A DNA stretch of 64,000 nucleotides from Heterodontus francisci (lineage: Eukaryota), in assembly GCF_036365525.1 (NCBI RefSeq), contig NC_090411.1, forward strand, positions 21,467,259 to 21,531,258, in the 5' to 3' direction. A program made the position numbers and the translations under genes. Under the pieces are notes generated by a model. It was given only the letters and a program-made list of their open reading frames with translations, did not search any database and was not told the DNA's origin. How positions within the stretch are numbered: position 1 is the stretch's first letter; each line of letters starts with the position of its first letter. Of this stretch, positions 51,853-64,000 are shown piece by piece.

Positions 51853-54800
51853 ACCTGTTTGAAGTGCTGATTTTTTTTTTCCAATTGTTTGTGAATTGTT
51901 TACTTTCTAAAAATTCTGTTAGAAGCTGCATTTTATTATCCACAGCCACTTCATTGTCTCTTTCCACCATCTGTGTCCTCCAAAGAAGGAATGCCTCTTG
52001 AACTGCAGGCTCCTTCTTGATGACCTTGCACAGGGAATGGGTTTAATCGCCTGTGCACAGGATCTTTTTCCACTGAGAATTCCTCACCACCTTTAGGAGC
52101 AAAGTATTTACCTAATATGACCCGTCCCCAATTTTCAGATATTGCCAGTGTGCTGTAGCTGTCTGGACTCAGCAGCCAGTAAATGTTGATGAATCACATC
52201 CTTTTTAATAGTGCAAAAAATGTAGCTTGTAATGACATTATAGTATTCAAAATATTCTAGAAAGAGTTTAATTATAGGAATTACTTTGTGCGATGCAAGC
52301 AGATGAACACATTCCTACAAAATCACTTTGCTATTTTAAATAATGCCTCTGAAGATAAGAGTAATTTCATCATGATGCTCATTGGCCAGTAATCATGTAG
52401 CATCATTTCTAGGCTTTAGAATTTTTTGGTATGGAAAGGTTGGAATGATTCTGATCTGTTTTTAATGTTCTCTATATTAAATAAAATATTTCTTCCAGCA
52501 GAAAATAAATGAGACTAACCTTGTTAGGAATATTGCTGAGAAATGCTTTGGAAGTTTGGCAGGAGGGGAAGGGAGGAGGAATCGTCTCTAATGTTTTTGT
52601 GAGCTACTTTGTTAAAAAGATCATTTTATAATTTATTTCTTAAGGGGATGGGGAAAAATCCAATTCACTTGTTTCTAAACTGTCAAATCTAGTTTGGGTT
52701 TGGTCCAGTATGGTAGATTTTTGCATTAGAATACTCCACTGATACCACTCTGGTCTGCTGCAGTGCAATCTAAAAGTACGATCCAATGGATAAAGAATAC
52801 TGTGTACAGGTATTTGAGACCTCTGTCAGGGCTGCAGTATTGTGACTGGGTTATTTAGTTAGAGGATATCAATACACTAAGCATACTCTTGAACCAATGC
52901 ACTTTACTGTTCTTGACATTGGTTGAGATGGAGGCAATCTAATTATTATTAATACTTTAACCCAGTGTTTTCTTTTTAAAAAAACCTCTAAATGCTTCCT
53001 TTAGGCATGCACAAGATTGGAAAGACAAATCTATAATGCTGATACTTTGCCACAGTTCAAGTGATATCGTTTAAAAGACTTGTACTTCACTGAACTCCTA
53101 GTTGAAAGAATTGGGCTGTACCTGTGGCTCTTGCTGGTACCATTGGGCACATGGTCCATCATTGTCTGGGTCTTGTATTCATTTTTGAAAAGCTCTCTTG
53201 CTGTGTACTATGACTTCTCCTTAATTTGATGTGTATTTTAAAGTATTTTTTTTGAGGATGCTGTGATGTACAGTGTTTAGGTTGTGGTATTCCAGAAGCG
53301 CATGTAACTTGCAAGGAGCTAGAAAAAGCATTTGGCCCATTGTAAGAGTGAACTAGCCCCTAACTTGTAGTTTTCCCTACTTCTTACAGCAGAATTGAAT
53401 GTCACGACTACTCCACAATCTAACATGTTGTAAAGGAAAATAGCTGTGCACTTACTGATATCTCAGTCCCTACAATGTACTTGTACTTGAAGCTTTAAAA
53501 TTACTGGTCAAGACAACCAGGGCACAGACATAATGTATAATTTAAGAAAATATATTGAATAAATTAACTCACCAGCTGAATTTGATCCAGGGATAATGGA
53601 TTTGACTCCTTATTTCATTCTGTCTTCCTTGCTCTGTTGTGTAACCTAATCTTTTCATCTGTTTCAACCTCATGATTCTCGTTGTCACTAGAGAGGACTA
53701 TGGTGAAAAATGCTTCAAGTTTCCAGAAGTTTGACTCTTTTGAGAGGCCAACTTGGAGTCATTGGAATGCTTCACTCTCACTCAGATTGCGAGTCTGCTT
53801 CAATATCTTAACTCCTTTTGTCTCAGTTCAGCAGAAGGATTTTGTTTCTCTGTTTTCACCTGGCAGCACGTTGCATCATAGTGAAGCCTCCTGGCGAAAG
53901 GAGAGATCTCACTTGTCCACATTGTCCTGCTGGCCAATCCTGAAGGTATTTGTACAGAAATTGGCACCAAAGCAACTGGTTAGCCTGGTAGTTACCCAGC
54001 TTGGATGCTTCCTTTATTCCCCAGCTGCCAGTTTAACCCCACTTTATAGGCAGAGGCTTAGTAACCAGATGCCTTCTTGGATTGCAATAGTGTATGGGAG
54101 ACGGTGAAGGAAAATAGAGGGACAAAGCTGTGAAATTCTTGGAGGATGGGGATTGAATTCAACTAATTAATGTAATGACACTAACCACTTTGCTCTAGGC
54201 ATGAATAAAGGGGATTAATTGTACTGTAACTGTTAATCCTTCACTGCCATAAATCTATGCACCATTAACCAATTATGTGTCAACTATTTTATGGCTGTGA
54301 AGTAAAGGCCATTGGGCATGGCTTTATCTTTCTGTGGCTGTTACTGAGCTGTGAGTGGTGATCGCTTATTAAAAGCAGCTTTTCTTCATAGCATATAAAA
54401 ATCAGATTAAATACTGAAGGGAAATTAGCTAAAAAGATCAACTTTCTCAAATATTTTTAATGCTTCCTACTGAAAAAAAAAGTAAAACAAAAGGTCGATG
54501 CATTGCACTGATTCCGAGGACTGCTCTTTTTGGGCCCACTGTGAACTTGTTGATTTTACCATCTTTCTGTGAATAAAGAAAGCAGGATTAAATGAAGAAG
54601 TAAATGGAGATGTTTTAAAACTTTTCTATAGTGTCAAAACAACGCAAAGCATCATGTGTACAATTAAATCAGTTTAGTGCTGTCCTGATTGCCAAAAGCA
54701 AGTGCTGTTAGCAATGGCCGATGCAGCAGGAGACAGAACTGACTTAATATTCATTTTTTTAACAAATTGAAGGATCCTTTTCGAATAGTCATGTGTCCTG

Positions 54801-56545
54801 GTGTTTTGACAGTTATTAAAATAATAAAGACATAATAAAATGACTGCCACATAAAGCCAGTTCAGTAGCTCCTCTAACACACCAGTACCGAGCACAACCA
54901 CTAAACACGTGACTGCACCCTCTTTACCAGAGCAGGTATGTAAAGCACCTCTATAGATGGAACTAATCCTTTTTTCAAATTCCCTGTTGTAATAGTTAGT
55001 GAGTGGTCATAGCAACATGTAACTTCAACTAGTTGGACTAGCCTGATTAACTCACTCTTACACTTATACATTTTTTTTACTAGAATTTAGGAAAGGATTC
55101 TGTTGTGCCCTTCAACAGTCTCAAGTAATTTGGGTGGGGAAGCACAGAATGAAAGGGCAGGCATTGTCTAAAATGTTTGAATTTAGCAGGAGCTCAATGA
55201 GTTCATTAGTTTGTAGATTCCAGTGGATCTCATTAAAGGGGATATTGGTTTAAGAGGATCTGTTTTATATAGTTATAAAAAGATAAATAGTTTACAGATT
55301 TGTCTTGCATGTGTTGTAAGTAACAGTGTGAGGAAGTTTGCACTATGTATGTTGAAGCTGCTCTGCCTTGTATCTTATTAATACTGGCTTTGGAGTCTGT
55401 CTGGTTGTCAATAACTGTTCTCAACCTGAGGCCTCAAAATGGAACAGGAAGGTTGATGGCAATGATATGCTGTTACCTCTGAAACCAGTGCTGCAAATCA
55501 AGTACAGACCCTCTGCCAACACCAGAACAGAAATATGTCTTAGATGAGGAGTGCACAGCCACAACAATTTTCTGCCAGGCTTCTCTTTAAGACCAAAAAT
55601 TGTGTAAATGGGGCTTTCTGGGGGACTCTTTTTTAAAAATTGTCAGCAACTCTGTTGCATATAAACATTGGCATGATTAGAGGGGAATTCCAGCAGCTGT
55701 TTACTATTTTTTTAAACCAGTTGTTTGCTTAAAATAATCTTTCTTCCATTTTACATTTGGTTTCCTCCAAATTTTTTGAGGTGGGGGATTTTGGGGGGGG
55801 GGGGGGGGGGGGGAACCGAGTCACAGATGGGGTTATTGAAGCCAAACTTTTTTTTACAAAAAAGTTGACAATTTTTGTAATAACCCTCAGTTATTCATTC
55901 TTTGAGAATGTTAAAATGAAGCTGTGTAAAATATAATGTAAAATAGTTGATAGTACTTAGTAATATTGTAGGAAGGAAAAAATATTCTAGAAAATTCAAT
56001 AATGCTTTGTAATTTAGGGAAAAATATTGTAGAACACTCAACTGTACTTCACTTCCCTGTATCTTCTTGAAATACAGAATTTCGGTGAACTCCAGCTGGT
56101 TTGGTGGGGAAGCTCATGTTTTTCATCCTGCTGACTTTTTTTAATGCAAATTGGCTGGCTGTTTACTTGGCCTGATCTTTGGCCTGTCTGTGTGCTAATT
56201 AATGCTACAAAATAAGTATTAGTTCCAATTATTTAGGATGGAAAGACCAAGCAGTATATATCCCTTGTATCAAGTTCAAATTGAAATGAGGCAAATAGGT
56301 ACAGCTTTGAAACAACCCCCTTAAATTTGAACTAGGGAAAGATGGGTAGATGAAATGAGATTCTGGAGCATAATAATGCATTGCTTTTTTATTTGATCTA
56401 TACTTTTGTATTAATTGGAGAATTGATAACTGCTAGATTTATAAAATGAATGTGCTCATTAATTGTCTAAGTGTATGTATGCTTTACAACTTGTTAATTG
56501 CTTTCATAGACAACTGAATAAAGATATTTGTGCAATGTATGTGTC
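51853..56545 (+). other. Probable long 3' UTR with several polyadenylation signals
   Basis: No recognisable TE. AATAAA at 52480, 53558, 54204, 54572 and 56517; the last has upstream TGTA and downstream GT/T-rich sequence. Confidence 0.55.
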
Positions 56546-57777
56546 CAGTTTTATTTCAGACGACTGGACAGTCGATAATATAAAAAAGGAATTGGTAATT
56601 CATCCTTGTGCAACAGGAAAGTAGAAAAAGTCTTCACTGTGATCCAAGTAAGTGTAAAATATCCTGTGTTGTCATTAAACGTGTTTGTCTGCATTTTTGG
56701 AAGCAGAAGGGACACATGGTCTCAAAATTTAAACGGCAACAATTTAGACCAACATCTCTCTGCATTTTATAAGGGGAAGTGATAACACTGAAAGATTTGT
56801 TGAGGGTGGTGGGAGGGAGAGACTGAAGATGTTTGAAGAGAGCTTTTGAGGTAGGATGGTTTTGGAAGAGAATTCCAGAGATATGGAGTTTAGTCGCTGA
56901 AAGATTGATCTCTTCCAATTGTTCTAGGAGAGGACCAGCACATCAACATCTGGTAACTTCCAGGAGAATTCCTTTAACCATGGTTCAGAATTTTGGTATT
57001 CTAATTCCTGTGCCATTGATGCCTGTCAGTGTAAGGATGACAGGATTAGGCTACGGTCTAATGATCTCTTTACACTGAAAGGTCTACAGATCAAGAATGG
57101 TCAGGAATGAGGTACTGGAAAGCTGCCATTGCCCATCTGTATCCCATGTGGGATAGAATGTCATTTAGGTTAACCCTAACCCTATCTTCGCTTTAGTAAG
57201 GGGGTATCAAGGGATAGAAAGCAAAGTGGACTACAGTAAAGAAGGAAAGGGTAAAGACAGCCAATATGCATTGGGCATGATTTGCCAGAAAGTTTAGAAC
57301 ATCAGGTGAGAAATTGAGGGAAAATAGCTCAATACAGAAGGTCGTATTAATGTCTTTGTTTTGCAAATGTATTCTGTGATAGAAGCTAATAAGAAAATAA
57401 TAGGAACAGGAGTAGGCCATTCAGCCCCTCGAGCCTGCTCTGTCATTCAGTAAGATCATGGCTGATCTTAATTCCACTTGCCCATCTTATCCCTTGATTT
57501 CTGTTAGTGTTCAAGAATCTAATGATCTGTCTTAAATATACTCAACGATAGCATCCACAGCCCTCTGGGGTAGAAAATTCCAAAGATTCACATCATTCTG
57601 AAGAAATTTCTCCTCATCTCAGTCCTAAACGACCGACCTCTTATCCTGACACAAATGTGGTTTATGTTAGGCCATTTGAATTCCATAGGCCAAAGCTGAG
57701 CAAGCAGGATATGTGGCCAGCTTGACGGCAATTTAAGTATCAAAGGGTATGTGTAATTAGTTAGTTTGGAGACAAAA

Positions 57778-58355
57778 GGGGGAATTTCAATCCTAAAGCA
57801 CGGGTAGGTTTGGGGGGGTTTTAAAGTGTTTAAAAATTTGAATCCTGCCCCCTGCTCCAACCTGCCCGTGTCTTGTTTTAATGGGACAAGATGGGGGGGG
57901 GGGGGGGGGGGGGAGGAGCCAATTGAGCCACAGGGAATCCAGTAGTTAAAGGGAGGTAAATGCCAACTCCTGAGGGTGGGATACCTTCACCCCTCTGACC
58001 CTGCACTATTATTTCCCATTGACCTTTCCCCTGCCCCCACTAGATCTTACCACTGAGCTCTGAGTGCTGCACCTCCCTACGCCTCTGAATTCTTCCCCAC
58101 CCCAGATCAGCCCCTCTTCCTACCCTGCCCCCCTGTCCCCAGAGGTCAGGGCTCAAACTTAACCTCTTCTCCAGTTTTCCTCATCTAACTGGAAGCCAAG
58201 CCTGTCAGTCAGGCTGCCTTCTGGGTGGGAACCTGTCAGTGACATCCCACATGCACTGTGGAGTTTTAACTGCATAGTTTTCCAGGAATACCCTGATTTC
58301 TGGGTCTCCAGTGTGCCACCCTGCTCCCAGCAGGTCAGAAAGTTAAAAGTCCCCC
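57778..58355. mobile_element. Harbinger-type MITE
   Basis: Imperfect TIRs GGGGGAATTTCAA / TTAAAAGTCCCCC, followed by TAA (left flank AAA); internal G21 run. Confidence 0.55.
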
Positions 58356-58499
58356 TAACAGGTCTGTTTTAAGTTACTGTTATAGTTAAGATGTGATAAT
58401 AACCATGCAAAATCTTACTGATCAGAAATAATATACCCTTATTATGTGAGAATATACATTGTGCAACATTGCAGGGCAATTTTCTGAATTTTCAATTTC

Positions 58500-59760
58500 T
58501 GTAACGACAAGAGCACGTCAGAGATTTGGAATTCTGCAGCGAGTAATTCACCTCCTAACTCCCCAAACCCTGTCCACCATTTACAAGGCACAAGTCAGGA
58601 GTGTGATTGAATACTCTCCATTTGCCTGGATGGGTGCAGCTCCAATACTTAGGAAACTTGACACCATCCAGGACTGAGCAGCCCGCTTGGTCGGCATCCT
58701 TTCCACCCCTTTAAACAGTCTCTCCCTCCACTACCGATGTACACAAGAACGCAAGAAATAGGAGCAGAAGTAGACCATATAGCCCATCAAGGCAGTTCTG
58801 CCATTCAATACAATTATGGCTGATCTGGGGCTTCCATTCCACTTTCCTGTCCACTCCCCATATTCCTTGATTCCCTGCAAGACCAAAAATCTATCTATCC
58901 CAGCCTTAAATGGATTCCATGATGAAGCATCCACAACCCTTTGGGGTAGAGAATTCCAATGATTCACAACCCTTTGAGTGATAATTTCTCCTCATCTCAG
59001 TCCTGAATGATTCACCCCTTAACCTGAGGCTGTGTCCCCATGTTCTAGATGCCCTGACCAGTTGTAACGATCTCTCAGCTTCTACCCTATGAAGCACTTT
59101 CAGAATCTTGTATGTCTCAATTAGATCGCCTCTCATTCTTTTAAACTCCAGAGAATATAGGCCCAATTTACTTAGCCTCTCATCATAGGACCTCCCAGGG
59201 ACCAATTTAGTAAATCTTCGCTGCACTGCCTCCAATGCTAGTATATCCTTTCTTAAATGTGGAGATCAAAACTGCACACAGTATTCTAGGTGCAGTTTTA
59301 CCAAAGCCCTGTATAATTTTAGTAAGATTTCTTTATTCCTGTACTCCAAAGCCCTTGCATTAAAGGCCAACATGCTATTTGTCTTCCTCATATCCTGCTG
59401 CACCTGCATGTTAACTTTGTGCATTCCTTGTTCCAAGTCTCTCTCAACATCAACATTTACAAGTTACTGCACAGTGGCAGCAGTGTGTACCATAAACAAG
59501 ATGCACTGCAGCAACTCAGCACCTTCCAAACCCATGACCTCTACCACCTAGAAGGATGAGGCCAGCAGACGCATGGGAACACCACCGTTTCTTCATTGTC
59601 GCTGGATCAAAATCCTGGAACTTGCTCCCTAACTGCACTGTAAGTGTACCTGTACCAGATAGACTGCAGTTGTTCAAGAAGGTGGCTTACAGTCACCTTA
59701 ATTAGGGATGGGCAACAAATACTGGCCTTGCCAGCGATGCCCATATCCCATGAAAGAATT
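58500..59760. mobile_element. CR1-group LINE (+) split by a CR1 (-) at about 58745-59465
   Basis: Host sequence stops at CCGATGTACACA and resumes at TGCACAGTGGCAGC. Confidence 0.8.
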
Positions 59761-60009
59761 TTTTTAAAAAGTAAATTTTAAAGTTTTGACTTTCACCAAA
59801 GAAATTAAAGAACTTTCAGCTCACTGATTATGGGCATTGATCGACTTGTCAGTATCATAGAAGAATGAAGCTGTTTTGTAAGAGCCCTGAATTGAATGAA
59901 TTTAAAAATTCGAATTCAGCAACATCAGTCAGTGTAAGTAACCAACCATAAAGATGATAAATTATCTATCTCGCAAAGAACAGCAGGTTCCAAACAGTTT
60001 GCAATTACT

Positions 60010-61283
60010 AGGGTGAAACGATTTGCACATCGAGCAAAACATAATTTCCTGCCACTTCCTTAGCAATAACCTGCCCAGTGACATTCAGTTTGCGTTCCGC
60101 CAGGGCCACTCGGCTCCTGACCTTATTATAGCCTTGGTTCGAACATGGACAAAAGAGCTGAACTCGAGGTGAGGTGAGAATGACTGTGCTTGACATCAAG
60201 GAAGCATTTGACCAAGTATGGCATCAAGGAGCCCCAGCAAAACTGGAATCAGGCGGAGAACACTCTGCTGGTTGGAGTCATACCTCGTGCAAAGGAAGAT
60301 GGCTGTGGTTGTTGGAAATCAATCATCTGAGCTCCAGGATATCACTGCAGGAGTTTCTCAGCATAGTGTCCTAGGCCCAACCATCTTCAGCTGCTTTGTC
60401 AATGACCTTCCTTCAATCAGAAGTGGGGATGTTCATTGATGATTGCACAATGTTCAGTACCATTTGCAACTCTTCAGATACTGAAGCAGTCCATGTAGAA
60501 ATGCAGCAAGACCTGGACAATATCCAGGCTTGGGCTAATAGTGGCAAGTAACATTTGTGCCACACAAGTGCCAGGCTATAACCATCTCCCTTTGACATTC
60601 AATGGCACTACCATCGCTGAATTCCCCCACTATCAACATCCTAGGGGCAACCATTGACCAGAAACTGAACTGGAGTAGCCATATAAATACTGTGGCTACA
60701 AGAGCAGGTCAGAGGCTAGGAATCCTGCGGCGGGTAACTCACCTCCTGACTCCCCAAAGCCTGTCCACCATCTACAAAGCACAAGCCAGGAGTGTGATGG
60801 AATACTCTCCACTTGCCTGGATGGGTGCAGCTCCAACAACACTCAAGAAGCTCGACACTATCCAGAACAAAGCAGCCTGCTTGATTGGCACCCCATCAAC
60901 AAACATTCACTCCCTCCACCACCGATGCAGTGGCAGCAGTGTGTACCATCTACAAGATGCACTGCGGCAACGCACCAAGGCTCCTTGCACCTTCCAAACC
61001 CGCAACCTCTACCACCTCAAAGGACAAGAGCAGCAGATGCATGGGAACATCACCACCTGCGAGTTCCCATCCAAGTCACACACCATCCTGACTCGGAACT
61101 ATATCGCCGTTCCTTCACTATCGCTGGGTCAAAATTCAGCACTGTGGGTGTACCTACCCCACAAGGACTGTAGCGGTTCAAGAAGGCAGCTCACCACCAC
61201 CTTCTCAATGGCAATTAGGGATGGGCAATAACTGCTGGAATAGCCAGTGATGTCCACATCCCATGAATGAATAAAAAAAAAAA
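60010..61283 (+). mobile_element. CR1-group LINE 3' fragment with poly(A) tail
   Basis: LDIKEAFDQVWH, ILGATIDQKLNWSSHIN; ends GAATGAAT(A)n. Confidence 0.9.
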
Positions 61284-61319
61284 TTACCACTGGCAGAGTC
61301 CTTTTGCAACAAGCAATGG

Positions 61320-61679
61320 AGGGGAATCCCAATCAGTTGCACGTCGACGTAATCTGTCATTGTCATCTTATTAGCCAATCAACAACTTCCAGGGCAAGCT
61401 CTGACGTATGAGATGGTGGAGACAGACCTTTTGGTGATTCGTGAATCGCTGGAACTATGCAAATAAAAATATAAACAGCAGGAGGAAGTGACAACTTTTT
61501 GCACCTGATTTGCAGTCTGAGTTGTAAATCCCATCAAAGCTAGTGTAATAATTAAAACTTCATAATCGGTACATTCAATTCATAGTCAAATCACGTCAGC
61601 CTGACTAAGAAGAGAGACAGTGAACTAGACCTGAACGTGTGCGGAAACATTTCCCTTTCGATAAAAGATTGGACAGTGA
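61320..61679 (+). promoter_or_regulatory. Candidate promoter of the TIMM8B-like ORF
   Basis: CCAAT at about 61329 and 61375, TGACGTA 61402, CACGTCAG 61592, octamer ATGCAAAT 61457, GGAAGTG at about 61484. Confidence 0.45.
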
Positions 61680-61964
61680 ATGATGGAAAAGTTCAATTCC
61701 TCCATGGATTTCGGTTCGGCCTCTGGAGTGTCTGACCAGACGGAATTGTCGCGGATGATCGCCGTGGAGCAGCAGAAGGCTCAGTTCCAATTGAAGGTGC
61801 ACAACTTCACCGACGTGTGCTGGGAGAAGTGTGTGGATAAACCAGGATCTCGGTTGGACTCGAGGACTGAGGCCTGTCTGGTCAGCTGTGTGGACCGCTT
61901 CGTGGACACGACGCTGGCCATTACTAACCGCTTCGCCCAGATGGTGCAGAAGGGTGGTCATTGA
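61680..61964 (+). CDS. TIMM8B: Mitochondrial small Tim chaperone Tim8 B, single exon
   Basis: Twin CX3C motifs (CWEKC, CLVSC), EQQKAQF, VDKPGSRLDSRTE, C-terminal FAQMVQKGGH. The best Kozak ATG is 61704, giving 86 aa. Confidence 0.93.
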   Translation: MMEKFNSSMDFGSASGVSDQTELSRMIAVEQQKAQFQLKVHNFTDVCWEKCVDKPGSRLDSRTEACLVSCVDRFVDTTLAITNRFAQMVQKGGH

Positions 61965-62429
61965 GTTAACATTTTGGTCGCGGTGCCTCCCAGTCAAGGG
62001 GCGAACCCAGCCTCTTATTGAATAGAAACAAAAAGGTATTTTGTGGATGATTTAGAACCAAGGCGTTTATTGCTGTAATATCGAAACCACCGCCTGCGAC
62101 TTGTCTGAATTTTGTACATTTTTTGAGCTTGCTTCAGTGTCGTACAGAATGACTGTCCTTCCCAAGGTCATTTCACCAACTTCCTGCCCCACTCTCTATT
62201 TAAAATGCATTCAGATCTTGTGTAATTTCAGAAAATCTTATCTTCATGACTACCATCGTGTGCTCTCCTCAGTTGGCGTTGCACGGTCATGATTCTGCCA
62301 CTATTCATCTACATTATTAAAAAAAAATCTAAGAACGAACTTGTGTTATACTGTGCCTTTCATCTCAGGATATCTGGAAGCGAGTTACTACCATAGGACG
62401 GCCATTCGACCTGTTGTCTGTGCAAGCTC

Positions 62430-62850
62430 TTTTTATTCTTTAATGGGATGTGGGTGTTGCAGGCTATGCCAGCATTTATTGCCCATCTCTGCCCTTGAGA
62501 ACGTGATTGTGAGCTGTCTTATTTGAATCGCTGTAGTCTAAGTGGTATAGGTACACCTATGGTACTGTTAGGAAGGGAGTTCCAGGGTTTTGACCCAGCA
62601 ACAGTGAAGGAAGGGCAATATAGTTCTAAGTCAAGATGATATGTGGCTTGGAGACAACTTGCAGGTGGTGTTCCCATGTATCTGCTCCCATTGTCCTAGG
62701 TGGTAGAGGTCACGGGTTTGGAAGGTGCTGTCGAAGGAGCCTCGGTGAGTTGCTGTAGTGTATCTTGTAGATGGTACACACTGCTGTCACTGTGCATCGT
62801 TGGTAAAGGGAGTATCGATGAAGTGGGCTGCTTTGTCTTGGATGGTATCA
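62430..62850 (-). mobile_element. CR1-group LINE 3' fragment
   Basis: Reverse complement of the 60900-61280 family. Confidence 0.8.
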
Positions 62851-62854
62851 AGTC

Positions 62855-64000
62855 AATTCAGCTAGTCCCACTCCTCTGCCTTTTCTCCATAGCCCTGCAA
62901 TTTTGTTCTCTTTAGGTGCTTATCCAATTCCCTTTTGAAGGCCCCAATTTAATCTGCCTCCATCACAATCTCAGTAGTGCATTACAGATGCTAAACACTC
63001 ATTGCATAAAAACGCTTATCCTCATGTTGCCATTGGTTCTTTTGCCAGTTAGCTTGAATTGGTGTCCTCTGGTTCTGAACCCTTCTGGGAATGGGAATAA
63101 CTTCTCCCTATCTACTCTGTTCAGATCCCTCATGATCTTGAACACCTCTATCAAATCTCCTCTCAACCTTCTCTCAGGAAAACAGTCCCAAATTTTCAAA
63201 TCCATCCATGTAACTAAAGTCCCTCATCCTTGGAATCATGCTCATAAATCTTTTCTGCACCCACTTCCTAAAGTGCAATGCCCAGAATTAGTTGAGGCCG
63301 AACCAGTGTTTTATGAAGATTCATCATTGCATCCTTGTTTTTGTACTCCATGCCTCTATTATTTATAATCCCAGGATCCCGTATGCCTTTTTAACCACTT
63401 TCTCAACCTGCCCTGCCACTTCCACAATTTATGCACATATGCTCTCGGGTGGCTCTGTTCCTGCACGCACCTTAGAATTGTACCCTTCAGTTTATATTGC
63501 CTGTCCTCCTCCTTCATACCAAAATGTATCACTTCACACTTCTCTGCATTAAATTTCATCTGCCACATGTCCACCCCATCTAACAGCCTATCTATGTCCT
63601 ATTGAAGACTATCACTATCCTCACAGTTTATACTTCCAAGTTTTGCAATATCTGCAGATTTTGAAATTGTGCCTTGCACACCCAAGTCTAGGTGGTTAAT
63701 ATAGATTAAGAAAAGCAGTGGTCCTAATACTGACCCCTGGGGAACCCCACTATATACCTTCCTCCAGTCTGCAAAACAACTGCTCACCACTGCTCTGTTT
63801 CCTGTCACTCAGCCAACTCTGTATTCATGCTGACACTGTCATTTTATTCCATGGGCTTTAACTTTGTTGGCACTTTATCAAATGCCTTTTGGAAGTCCAT
63901 GTACACCACAGCAACTGCATTGCCCTCATCAATAAACTTAAGTTAATTAGACATGATTTGCCTTTAACAAATCTGTGGTGGCTTTCCCTAATTAATCCGC
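62855..64000 (-). mobile_element. CR1 LINE RT fragment, continues off the window
   Basis: SGVPQGSVLGPLLFLIYIN, WQMKFNAEKCEVIHFG, RGDLIEVFKIM. Confidence 0.9.

Noticed and set aside
53682-54107. 141-aa ORF in the 3' region
   Set aside because: TTG start, no recognisable motif and no splice context.
61605-61997. 130-aa antisense ORF
   Set aside because: Shadow frame of the GC-rich TIMM8B CDS.

Overview
Repeat-dense vertebrate genomic DNA. The HE1-type V-SINEs, Deu-domain SINEs and CR1 families point to a cartilaginous fish (inference). The main gene is a complete 8-exon WBP2/WBP2NL-family gene on + (CDS 19651-51852, 822 nt, 273 aa; GRAM-like N-terminus and PPxY-rich C-terminus). It has a CpG-island promoter and an apparently repeat-free 3' region of about 4.7 kb. 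Downstream is an intact, intronless TIMM8B-like ORF (61680-61964), a candidate retrogene with its own CRE/CCAAT/octamer-rich upstream region. A candidate first coding exon of an unidentified minus-strand gene (6015-6076) sits behind C/EBP and NF-kB-like motifs. The rest is mostly transposon-derived: CR1 and CR1-group LINEs, L2, Tx1, a young RTE with an uninterrupted 2.2 kb ORF, Penelope-like fragments with hammerhead-ribozyme-like cores and inverted termini, Harbinger remnants and MITEs, and solo LTRs with target-site duplications (TSDs). All family names come from recalled motifs, with no database search; repeat boundaries are approximate unless a TSD is given.
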